Shown piece after piece: positions 1 through 13,100 of a stretch of 64,000 nt of DNA (position 1 is the first letter of the stretch; each line of letters opens with the position of its first letter). Source of the stretch: Antedon mediterranea. Lineage: Eukaryota > Animalia > Echinodermata. The notes under the pieces are model-generated. The model saw only the letters and a list, made by a program, of their open reading frames with translations. It had not been told where the DNA came from and ran no database searches. Location: positions 38,884,304-38,948,303 of the forward strand of contig NC_092671.1 in the NCBI RefSeq assembly GCF_964355755.1. Direction: 5' to 3'. The position numbers were made by a program, and so were the translations under genes.

Positions 1-1169
1 GTTGTTTTATTATTTGCCATTGTTTTGTGTACCACATTATAAAACAAACATTTGTTATACCTACATACCGAGAAAATAAAATACAGTACGTAAAACGAGT
101 AAATACAGGATAATCTCACAATTTTCCAACAAAAACAGACGTTTTCACCATTATACAGTCCAAAGTTGCCGTCATCAACCAATGTGAAATAATAAACAAA
201 TAATACATAAGTTTTAATATAGATATTTTATTAGGCCATGACTCGTAACAATTTCTTTGATTTTTCAATGTTTTTCTCATTTTCATATTATGTACTTTAT
301 CTAATTCCATTTTAATATAAGATGTTCTTTTAATGTGATAACTTTTTTATATGTGCAAAATAAAACTGTCACGTTTTATGTTAGCCTATGGTTGTATTGT
401 CTTTACTGAAAGGAATAAAATTAAATAAATAAATAAATATTTTGGGAAATTTTACACAATTTAGCCTTTGTCTACAATGTAAATTTTCGTTTTATTTAAT
501 AAAACCCTTGAATGAATGAATGAATGAATATACGTAAGTTCAATCAATCCCACATCGTTTTTATCTACCCATTCAAAGTGGAACAGTCCCACGCGATAAC
601 AATTGTATTCATAATTGAGCATTGGGCTCGATATGGGATGGCATGCTACGAAACTTCAAACAGAATTTATCATATTTGACCACATATACTCTGAATAATA
701 ATGTATTTAGTACCTACTTTAGTGGCTAATTCTGTGGTATTTACGTAATAATATAGCAATCTTTGTTATTATTTGTCACGAATCCTGGTATTTTTGTTTG
801 GCCTGTGCGTCATAATATAATGCATACGACGTCTGTCATTTTAGTCTTACACATTCATCTGAATGATGACTAGGCCAGGACTGTTTTTAAAGCACCTTGG
901 TATTACTTCGATAATAATACACTTTTGTTTCGTTGCTGTGCAGTGATTTAGCTAATACCTGGTATTCAGACTTTTTTTGCCATTTTTTTTCATTCATTCG
1001 GATCGGATTATTCAGGTTTCATTATTGTTCTTATAAATTTGTAAAGTTGCCCAGCGTGACGTGATAGCCAAAAACGGAAACTGCAATCGTTTCCCAGCAT
1101 TGAAATAGGTGTCGAAACCCGGAAAGACGAACATTGTGTTTTTTACCTTTCGGCGAGTTTCATATTAAT

Positions 1170-4100
1170 ATGGATACTTACTTGTTTGGTTTAATTGTGA
1201 CGACAATTTTACTTTTATGTAAAAATTCAGTCGTCTTGTCCAAAGAAGAAGAACAGCACTTATGTAGGTAAGTCAATGAGACAGAGGCCTTAGGATCAGA
1301 TCAACTGTCAATACTGTGTAAGAATGTGTCCAGGAAGAGTCTAATATTGACACATCGAATAGTTCTATCAATGACATCAACTTTAAGTAAGCCTATACTA
1401 CCCCCAAAGGGGTGTATGATATTATTTATAAAGGAGGGTATAGGGGTAATGATGTCAACGCAATGTAGAATTGTTAAGAAAATCGTTATATGACCTGATA
1501 TGCAGACTCAATTCAAGTGAAAATGTTTTAGTCTCAACGATTATAGGCAAGTCTTGTATAAGTCAAAAATGCTCTCTAGGTGGAATGCTATCCTGAGATG
1601 AGTATTAGTTATTTGTCTACGGTTTATTTTTAATTCATTTATATGTAATTTATCTATGGACCAGAGATTACGAAATAAAAGATTGAATGAATGAATTATT
1701 TCTAATCTCTTAAAAGGTTGTATTAGGCCACATGTCAGCCAAGTTTTTCGATTTTCTTAAGTTGTCAGATCATTCAGTTTTAGTTCTTAATACTAATTAT
1801 TTTAGGTGGTATACCCCCGGGTATACCTTTATAATGACCACAGTATCACCCATTGAAAGGCGAGTATACAAATTAATGACTCACCGAAATTCCTTTATAC
1901 AAATTAATGATCGTACCTCACTGTCAACCAAAAACCATCGCAAACGGATTACGGTGATTAAGATCGTCGTATGACACATAGATTTGAAAGTATACCCTCG
2001 ATTAAGTACCACTTTATATTTAAAATAAACTCAATTATACAAGACTCAACCCACTCATTACACTCAGATATTATTATTAGCAGATCAGGAAGGGCTAGAC
2101 TGCCAACACTTGAAATCACAATGCCATAGGCCCACAATTCCGATGATAATTGGATACTTTTTTTTCTTATTTTAAGTTTTCCTGTTGTAACCCGCTATGA
2201 TAGATGTTGGAACTTTTTGACAAGATATTATAGCTGTGATGTTGATTATTGGTAAGATTATTTGTATATTTTAACATAGCGAATGTAATATATCATGATC
2301 ACTACAAAATGATGTGAGAAACAATGAGTGTATTATAATTAATAATAATATTTAATAATTTATTTAATTCAATTATCATACTGGATAAAAGAGCCAATGA
2401 TGATGAAATAAAAGTGGAAAACCCACAGAAGACAAAAAAAAAAATAATTAAAACGGTCTTTCAGTTGGCAACATAAACCGCGTGTTATTATACGGTATTT
2501 GAGAAAATAATATTTTAATTTTAGGTATATTGGATGCTGTAGTGGATGGACAGGGAAAGACTGTACGCAAGGTAGGTTCTCTTCCAGTCATAGACCATAA
2601 TATTAAAATACATTTAAATGTAGACTGAAGGAGAAGATACGGTAATTTGTTAACAAGTAAAATATGTTAAGGCTCAGACGGCTGAATACTGGGTTTTATA
2701 TGAAGCGGTTTTTTTTCTAAAAAAGTGGGCGTTTCTTGATAACGCTGCAACCGATTGACTTGCGAGCTGCGCCAACTTGTGTACCACATCCCCCTCCTCT
2801 CCCTACCTGGGGATTTCTAGTTGACTTTAATTTAATCATGCGTCTGATGAGTACATGCGATCGAAAATCTACCTATGGATTCATGCAACGTATGTTGAAT
2901 AGTGGTAAAATCATTGTTGCTTGTGTTTGCAAACATAATTATATGCTACATAACTCCTAAATGAATGGAGATGGAGAAGCATTCTATATACTTAAGTTTA
3001 GAGTTGTCTTTTTCTGTTTATTAATATGGATGATATTTCAGAAATTTAAAAAAATTGAATTGAATTGAATTGAATAAGGACCAAAATAATGTTTTTTTAA
3101 TTAATTATGTTGTCATTATAAAGTGTGTGAATCAGGGCATCATGGTTACAATTGCGAGGAAGATTGTGAATGTGACAGTGAAGAAGAAGATGTATGCAAC
3201 TCTGTGGATGGGTCGTGTGGTAATAAGGCACAGTGTATGCACTGCAACACCTACCAACGCTGTAATGGAGACACCAAATGTGAGTGTATGCCCGGGTGGC
3301 AAGGAGAGCATTGTAATATGCCGTGCGATGAAGGTGCCTACGGACAACACTGTAATCAGACGTGTGACTGTGTTAACGGTATGTGTAGCAACATAGACGG
3401 TGAATGTATATGTGAAACTGGATGGTCTGGTACGACCTGCAATATGACGTGTACTACGGGTTTCTATGGTAATCAATGCGATCAACCATGTAACTGTTCT
3501 AACTCTGCTTCGTGCGATCCTGTCACTGGCACCTGTGATTGCCCACCTGGATTTTATGGTGATAAGTAAGTAACTTTGATTTCGATTCTATTATTTTTAT
3601 TAAGCATAATACTTAATGCAAATTGGATTATTATTGTTGCCAAGTATTCCTTACAACAAACTGTTAATTAATGTATCACAACTATATCTCTATTTTTAAT
3701 TTACAGGTGTCAAACTGTTTGTCCACCTGGATTTTTTGGCAAGAACTGCTCAACTGGTTGCCTCTGTAGCGTCGGTCAAGATTGTGACGCAGTTACTGGT
3801 GCTTGTGAAGGAGGTAGTTGTGCCATCATTGGCATCGTTTTCTCATCATCATCATCATCATCATCATCATCAATTTTCACATAACATGTTATTTCATACT
3901 GTTACCATTCTCAACAACAAAAACGAGATACAGTCAGTTTCTTCCACAGTTCCTTTTTTAATATTCAATATTGTTAATCTTTGTAGATGAACTAAAAGAC
4001 GCCAATTCCAGCGTCCAGGACTCCAGCAAAGGAGTAGCGATTGGCGTCAGCGTATCCGCAGTCTTCTTATGTCTTATCATGGTCTGTGTCATGGTGGTGC

Positions 4101-5131
4101 TATGGAAGAGAAGACAAGGACGTACGTCGAAATCTGTCGTCGGCGAAGCAGCAGCAGAGATATCAGAATCTCCAGGTAGTCGTCAAAGTAATCTTTATCG
4201 TATCCATCTGGTTCCTCAAAGCTCTCTTGATGACATCGTCATGGTTGGAAACTTTCACTCGCAAGGCCGTAGTGAGAGGTTAAAAACAGACGAGGCAAAG
4301 ATGCTTTAAGATATAATTATTATTATAAAATAAGACGATCTGTGCTGGTTAATTGGGGACGGTGGTGAAAATTAAAAATTTCAGACGATGCGAGCCTCAT
4401 GCTGGCTACGGCCCTGACTCAACCTTGATGTCGGAAAAATCATAATTGCTTAGATAGTTACCATTGTATTCTAAACTTAATAAATAAATTCTTCTTTAAT
4501 TCCATTTCTAGATATTGGTTTATCTGCACAAAGTACCGACAATACGGCTACACCATCACCCTTACCGACGTACCATACTCTAGAACAACCAGGTGGTAAT
4601 CTCTACTACGAAGTTGACATTGGTAACCGACCGCAACATACTTACGAAAATGACAACAGAGTAAAAGCGATCAATGGTATTGAGGATGATGGAGAATATG
4701 ACATGCTCCGAGGAAACCAGCAGCCACAGGTTGACCGATTTAATCCTAAAACGAGTACAGACTTAGCTGATGATAAAACCACATCCACACAGTACGACAT
4801 TACAACCCCGTTTCCTCATCTGGAGAGTGGCACACCAGGGAATTATGAGGAGCTATCTGAATGTTACGAAACAGTTGGCGATACGTCGTACGCAATACCA
4901 ATACCATTACAACAACAAAAATCGCCATCAACGCCAAATGACTATAGCAAACTTAACAGAGAAATGTGTCCAACTGCAGATGAAGACAGCGGCGGCGATT
5001 ATGGAAAGTTATTAAAAGTTGAAGAATTTAATGAAAGCGACGAGGAATACGACACACTTGGAGTAGTTAAACACAAACGTACAAACAATAGTAGTAATGA
5101 TACATACAATGTTTTGAAAGTAGAACTTTAA
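1170..5131 (+). CDS. Single-pass EGF-like repeat receptor (MEGF10/11, CED-1/Draper, scavenger receptor class F-like); exons 1170-1267, 2525-2571, 3124-3565, 3707-3813, 3987-4175, 4512-5131
   Basis: Signal peptide MDTYLFGLIVTTILLLCKNSVVLS; CCSGWTGKDC; tandem laminin-type EGF repeats (CxxGxYGxxCxxxCxC); TM segment GVAIGVSVSAVFLCLIMVCVMVVLW followed by KRR; acidic tail with many YxxL/V motifs; GT-AG introns with compatible phases. Confidence 0.85.
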
Positions 5132-5141
5132 AAGGCATTGC

Positions 5142-5238
5142 TACTGAAATGTTTATGTACTGAAATGTTTGTGTACTGAAATATTTGTGTACTGAAATAT
5201 TTGTGTCCTGAAATATTTGTGTCCTGAAATGTTTGTGT
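5142..5238 (+). repeat. 16-bp tandem repeat (TACTGAAATRTTTGTG), about 6 copies, just after the stop codon
   Basis: Directly visible. Confidence 0.85.
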
Positions 5239-7149
5239 CTTATTAGTTATATGATAGGGTAGTTCCTTAGTACCATGGTATGAGCCTCTTAAACGTCTAG
5301 ACACTTTCAGAAACCAGTTTAAAATCACATAACTTTTATTTAACCGTTGCATTTAGACATAACACTGTACCTAACTAATTATCCCGTGTTATTCATCCAA
5401 TATTAACCCAACCAAAGTTAGATTAAATGCAGTTATAGAAAAACATGCCAAATTCAGATCATGCCTCTAAACTTTAACCTCCCTTACGATACCATATATT
5501 ACTATCCCCTTTCTCCCTAAATCAAAACAAACCCCCATTTAAACTATTATATAGTGCCCTCTTACTTTACTGATTATGTAATATATTTTATATCAGAAGT
5601 ATTGCTTTTAATTATATATAATATCTATATTATATATTGTACACCAATTCACATACAGTACATTTTACTCATTACTGACACCTACTATGCTTCTATGTTA
5701 ATACAGTATCATGTAAGTTGTTCTTTAGTAGTATAGGTAAAGAATCAACAGTACGCGCTGTTATATATAGAAGGATAGGAAACACAGACATGCTTTCATG
5801 GACGCGTAAGAATCCAGCAGCCGAACAACGGCGGGCTCTAGATATGGTTCCCGTCTAATTCCACGTTTGGATGGATCGTGATGATCTGATGTGTTCTCGC
5901 GTCTGTGCTCTACTAATTTTGATATTATTAATATTTTGATAATCATTTTGATAAATAATCATCGTTTGCATTTTATAGATAGTAGGCAAATAGTAACCAG
6001 GATGTGGTTTACGCCGCCAACGGAACTGTTGTATCTTCTCCTTTTATTATCTTTGATACAACTTACGAAAGTTAATAAACATTAAATTAGAGACATTGTA
6101 TCTGATCTTAGTTTTACATTTTTCTGAATTTGTTTACTCAATTTTAGCCTCTAAATAAACAATATGTGGTAATCCATGGATTTCAATAAAATAACTTTGT
6201 TTTGAATTATAGTAATTAATATTTAAACTGAACATACATATTTCATTTTTTGTTAATTAATTAAACATGAGTTTAAACAAAAAAACTCTTATTAAGTATT
6301 AACTACATAAGTTAAATACTTAAAAAACATAAATTATATTTAATCAAAACGATGATAAATTAATAATAATTTAATATCACGAAACAATAAATAAATTACA
6401 TTTATTTTTCTTATAATTAACACCCAACTTCTGATACACATACTTCACTTTGACAAAACCTCACATTAGATCACATCACATATATAAATAATTATCCATA
6501 AATTTGCACCATTTCATTTAAAACATTTTACTGAAGATAAAACCACTATATATATATTATATCTTGCGAAAACCACAAAATTAATTTCAAATATGAAAAC
6601 AAATTCTAAATAAAGTGAGGTAAAACATCATGACTCGTTATTTTGATTTTCCTGAAATGAACAAAACAAGTTTTAAATATTTACCACAATGGCTTAACTA
6701 ACTTTATTCAGACTTTATTTTATATTATCATATATCTTGCAATGTATAAGTCTACTGTTATTCAATTACTACTATTGATTCCAGTCAGAGGAGTATCTTT
6801 TAACTTTGGTAAGAGTTTTGTACGTAATTTCAGATGCTTTACGTTTGGTAACCAATATTAAATGAGTCATAACAATTGATCATTATTCAATTAATCAATA
6901 AACTTACCAATTAATTACCTTAAAATAATACTTTAATTATAAATAACAAGGTGACTGTACTACACTAACAGCTTTAAACTTAATCATGAAGTAATAACTA
7001 TTACTCCATAATTTGATAGATAGTTGAGTCATAGATTACTAACTATTACTCCATGGTTGAGTTGATACATCGTAAGTTGTTTATACATAATAGAATGCTA
7101 GGTTGGATCATTATATCTTCACAGTAGGTGGATGGACACTCCTTGATTG

Positions 7150-10100
7150 CTAGACGTCGTCATCAGTGTTGAGTATTGGTTCAAAAGAGAAAGGACGGAA
7201 TGGATGGCCTTCTCCTTTGTAGAATTTGCTCTGGAACTCAACCCTAAAAGAAAAATATTCATTCATATATTGTGTTTTATTTGTGTCTAGAGCAGTGGCA
7301 TAACGGCTTTAAGCACTCACTGGCTAAACCCAGGGGCCCGCAGCTTATGGGGGCCCATGAGCAGTGCCCAGAGGGAAAAAAGGCATTAAAACATGTAGAA
7401 AAAGGCTAAAAACGCCCCAGGCGCCTCCAGCATTGGGGATTGGGGTGGGGGGGGGGGGGGGGGCTTGGGGTTCCTAATCCAGGGACCTCAGGCCACTGTT
7501 TTACAACACTGGTCTAGAACACAATTTATATATTATATGTACTATTATTATTATTATTTGTATGTATAATGGAAATAAATGAAAATAATGTTCTCGACTA
7601 AAGTTGTGCAGTTATGTGATGATGTCATGACCCTTTTAGTTGGGATTGTAGTTTAATATTGGAAGTATACAGATTATAAAAGATTATCAAGGATTATTTA
7701 AGATTATAAAAAACAATTAAAGATTATACTAAAGCCGATATTCACATTTTATTCCAAAGAAATAAGATAATGTAAAGACTTACCAATGAAGACGAAGAGT
7801 ATGCAAGAAGGCAGACAAGCCTTCCATAAATAGTAGAATACCAATGGTAAGCACTGCCCAGAATGCAAACAGCAGGTAAGTGGCAATAGCTCCTATGAAC
7901 CCTTCCATTCCAAAGCCCAACGCCAACACCATCGTCCACAGTACCTCTGACAATTCTGTGAAACAAAAATATAGCAATCGGGTTATGATCTGTGATTCGA
8001 AACCTCTACCTAAAAAAAATGGAAGCTCTACTTTTTACCATCACAAAATATTTATTTATGTGGTCAAACATTTTCAGCAGTGGCAAAACTGAGATCCCCG
8101 ATATGTAGGAATACTGGAGGTACTGTAGGATGTGTAAACGATACAGCCATAACGTATTCAATGGTATGGGCTAGGCTAATAACTCATCAGCATGGGCCAT
8201 AGATGTAGATAGGCTGCTGTGTGAGAGATACAACCTAGCTAGGTAATGTACTTGAAAAACCTACCAGCATGAGCAAGGCTGAGAGCCCATAGACGTAGGT
8301 AGGATGCAGTGTGGGAGATGCAGCCTAGACAGTATTCAATGGTGTGGATTCCTTGGTAGATCAAAACCTCGCCAAGTTCAAACTCTTCCTGTTCAGATTC
8401 ATCCGAGCTGGTTGACTGCGATTCATCCAGTTCATCGTGGTGGATTATCTCGGCACTGTCATCGCCGAGTTGCTGCGACTTTGTCATTCTTGCACCCTGG
8501 TATCTTGATGTCTACGGTAAAATGAAGTAATTTATTAATTTAATTTCTATATTTTACATATAGGTGATAGTCTGTACTTACCCACGCAAAGGCACAATGC
8601 TCAGCATCAAACAAAAAAAAATATATAATTGAAGTGCAATACTTTATAAGGCTAGTTAATTTTGAAGTCGCAATACTCACTTGCATTTTTATTCAAAACT
8701 TATTGCCAGGGACACTTAAAGCTCTGTCTACACTATCAAACTTTATGTGACAAAACAATGTGATGTGCCCATATATGATGTCATATCACTACCATATTTG
8801 GGCACATCACCCTTTTTCGTCTAGTTTGATAGTATAGACAGATGAGATAACTTGTTTTGATGGTCACAACATAGACAAATATAAAATTTGGTTGGTAACT
8901 AAAGTTTTTTTACCACAAAATTAATTATCATTATAAGTTTAATTGAAATCTAATGAAACCTTTCCACGAGTCAGTACAGTACATCAATACATTTACAACG
9001 TTTTAAATATATATATATTTAGGCGCAGTGCCAAGAATAGCTATATAAGTTAATTTATTCACCTGTCCAGGTAGCAATCCTGTTCACATACAAACATAAA
9101 TCTACTTGCTATTGTTTCTGGCTTTCACACCAGTCCCACCCTTTCCCACTAATATTCCAAGTTGGACCTGGACTTTCTGCATTTTCACTCTTGAGGACGA
9201 TCAAAGCATATTGATCGAAATGTTGAGAAACTCAACAATTCTATTCAGAACTAATATACGTGGTGTACCGCAAAATTTATATCTACTAACTTACGCAATC
9301 CATCAGCTATACGTCTTTCTTCATTTGTTAATATATTTCTTTAATTTTTATCAATGTAAACTATTCCTCACCTTTACAGGGTGTTTGTAACGCCAATACT
9401 CGACGCCAGGTTTAGCTACTAACAGCCAGGGGACGGCGAGAACGGCTATGACAACCAAGCCGACTTGAACGTAATACTAATGTGACAACAGGGTTAGAAC
9501 AAAGCGTTAGAACACCATGCACTAATATTATTAAAGCAAACAAGTATAGCTATACTACAGTAAAGCTATGCCTACACTTTAAAAAAATGTGACGTGCCCA
9601 TATATGGACATGATGATGTCGTATCACTACCATATTTAGCATATCTCTACCATATTTAGGCACATCACATTTTTTTTGGCAAACTATAGTTTGATAGTGT
9701 AGACAGAGCTTTAGACACAAGATTTTGAAGAGAAACATACACATAAAAAGATCAGCAAATTATACTGCTAGTTCACTACACAAAGAAGAAACAAAAGGCA
9801 ATTTAAAATACAAAAATGATTAGTGTTATTAGTAATATTAGCTGTTTGTTTGTTTGGTTTGTCATCTCATTTTGTTGTTGTGTCGTTCTAAATATAAATT
9901 AGCAAAAGAAGAAATTTTAATTAAAAGTAAACCTGCTAAAGATAGCAGCCAATTAGTTGTATCAAAAACCTACAACAAATATGCAAAGAAAAAGTTTGAT
10001 TATTTCACAATACCCAATGCAAAAAATAGAAAAGTGAAATGTAGTGTGTAGATAAATTCACAACATTCAGTGTGAGGAGTGCATTTTTTTTAGCTTCACA

Positions 10101-13100
10101 ATATACCATGCAACATATAGTAGTGCAAGGAAGTGTTAGATGAAGTGATTCCAATTACCAAAGAAGGTGCAAGCATGCATAATACTGTACCTGTACAAGA
10201 ATGACCTCTGACCCGAGTATACAGCCTCCCTTATTCTTTATTATATGCATGCTTTCTCTAGATAATACTATCTATTAACTTAAGTCTACTACCAGTAGCC
10301 TACCCATTAATTCAACTAAATTCTGCCATTCTACCTCCTGGGTTCAAGTCTTCCACGGTACCAAGACTGTGTCACTACAGAACTTAAAAATCATAACAAA
10401 CCATACACCCCATTGTTTACACTAAATGCTCTCTTATTTCGAATTCGTGGCTTCAAATCTTGCACAATACTGTGCCACTACTTAAGCATCATATTAACTT
10501 AAGTAGCAAGAATCGGTCTCAAGTAAACAAACCACAATTTAAATGATAAATGTGATGAAATGTACCTTCCCGTGAGGTGAGTGATGTTCCCGATATGATA
10601 TAAATGGTTTAGCTAGCAACATCCAGGGCACCGCTAAAACTGCTACGAGAAGAATGAATATTTGAAGACCAAACTGTTCAGGAAAAAAGATTAATAATTA
10701 AATGTTAATCTCTTTGAAATTGTGAAAACTCTTTTTGCACATTTTGGCTCTGACGCTTCACCTGCGGTTAGCTTAGTTTCAGCTGCAAAGGAATGACCGC
10801 ATTAGGTACCAAATGACCGCATTAGGTACCAAATGACTGCATTAGGTACCAAATGACCGCATTAGGTACCAAATGACCGCATTAGGTACCAAATGACCGC
10901 ATTAGGTACCAAATGACCGCATTAGGTACCAAATGACCGCATTAGGTACCAAATGACCGCATTAGGTACCAAATGACCGCATTAGGTACCAAATGACCGC
11001 ATTAGGTACCAAATGACTGAATTAAGTACCAAATGACCGAATTAAGTACCAAGAACTACTATGATGAACTGTAGACAAAATATTATATATTACTTGTCAA
11101 ATAATATATTGGTGAAAATAATTATAATTGCTTTGAAGACTAACCTGTAAAAATATATAATAATTTAAACCAAAACGATACAATAGTTAATCAATATGTC
11201 ACCATTTTGTTTTACTGTAGATAATATAATATTGCATATACCAAATAGAAACACCGGAAATTACATCTTGTAAACACAATTTTAAAAACAAGTTGTGCAC
11301 AGGGTGAAATAAGAAAATTTGGCAAATTTAAATGAATTCTTATAAATATCAAATTTTTTTTACAATAAATTGCTTAAAATAATATATTATAGGTTTTTCA
11401 GTTTTACATTAAATTTAAATTTTATGCAAAATTTATTATTATGATACACAATAACAACTAATTTGTTTTGTATAATAATAAATATTGAGGTATAAGTTTT
11501 AATATGCTTTCTTGGTTCAAATATAAATTATTATCATGTATGGTATGGGATTATACTTAAGCTCTGTCTACACTATCAAACTTTATGTGACTAAAAATGT
11601 GTGGTGCCCATATATGGACATGATGATGTCACATCACTACAATATTTAAGTATATCACTACAATATTTAAGTATATCACTACCATATTTGGGCACATCAC
11701 ACTTTTTTCTTGTCAAACTAGTTTGATAGTGTAAACAGAGCTTTACTCATAAACAGTTTTTAATAACAGCGCCTTACCTGTCCACTGTACATCATGTCTC
11801 CATCTGTCAGTAGGAACATGTTAATCATGGTAATGATTAAGCTGGGAGCCTGTGCAGAGGAATCACCATCATATTTAAACCATTTGAAGATAATGAGAAA
11901 ACACATGTAACCAAAGATAAATGTGAGGAAAATAAACTGTGGGATGAATTCACACCAAATGTTGATGAACTTTCTGAAGTAACTATAAGAGATAAAGAGA
12001 AATAAAACATGTTTTATAATATTAAACAGTTTATTTTTCGTTATGTAGCATAATGAATGTTCACTTTAACTGCTTAAGTAGCATTTGTCATTCGATTGGG
12101 AACTTTTGTAGTCATCATAAAGATTTGTTTTACTTTTTGTTATCAAATGGTAAATTGTAAACAAATTGTGCTCAACAGAAAATCATTTGTATAGAAAACA
12201 TTAACAAAGCAAGCTTTTTCGTTAAGAACAATCTCAACGCTTAAAATACTTGGATAAATAAGTACGCAACGGAAAACTGTACTCAACGGTAATTTACAAA
12301 TCGAATATGACAATTGTTTCAGGGAGTGATGTAAGTTAGATAATTTGCTTTACTTAAAAGAATTGTATTGAATGCTCAGTACATTCAGATCAATAGACTG
12401 GCTTGCGCTGATAGCTAGGGTTAGATATGAGCCCAAGGAATCAGTAAGTACTTCAACAATGCTTGTGAGTTGACCAATCACAAGCGATGGATTATTCAAA
12501 CTCTTGTTTGTCATTGGACAACACGCTTACTTTGCATTTACATCCTTGCGTTGCGTCCTAGTGGGAACCAAGCTTTATGAATCCTTGAGTTGCGTCCTAG
12601 TGGGAACCAAGCTTTATGAATACAAGTGTTTGTATACTTACACATGGTTGAATATACCTAGTATGACACCAAATACCATTTGTGTAACACCAACTATCAC
12701 AGACATCTTCATCTTGTACGAGTTGAGGAAGGTGATCTTATTATTAGATACTTGCCAAATCTAACAAACAAGATATAACATTGAACATAACATAAGTTTT
12801 AATCACCATTGATATTTAATATAAAAACAAAGGTGGACCCATTCAAACAGAGACTCACAAATGATATTTGATTTGTGAGTAAATTGTTGTTTGTGAGCTT
12901 CTTTTTTATTGAAATATTTTATTTATACTGGGCGACCTCTTCAGTCAAAGACTGGTCTCCCAGAGGGCCCAATTATGATCAGTGCCTGTGTGTGTACTAG
13001 TACACTGGGGTAACACACTACTTGTCTCGAATGATGTACTAGGTTCTTTAAAGTGCACAAGAGCCAGATGTGTACAGTTTTTGTACGGTTTATAGTCCTT

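Noticed and set aside
3736-3990. Poly-His ORF
   Set aside because: A (CAT)n microsatellite in an intron, read out of frame
8582-8599. 18-nt microexon candidate with a GTAAGT donor (minus strand)
   Set aside because: Needs a rare GAG acceptor; not supportable without reads
9063-9079. 17-nt microexon candidate (minus strand)
   Set aside because: Not frame-preserving between phase-0 neighbours, and the acceptor is weak
10792-11052. CRISPR-like array
   Set aside because: Contiguous units with no unique spacers, in a eukaryotic intron; it is a minisatellite
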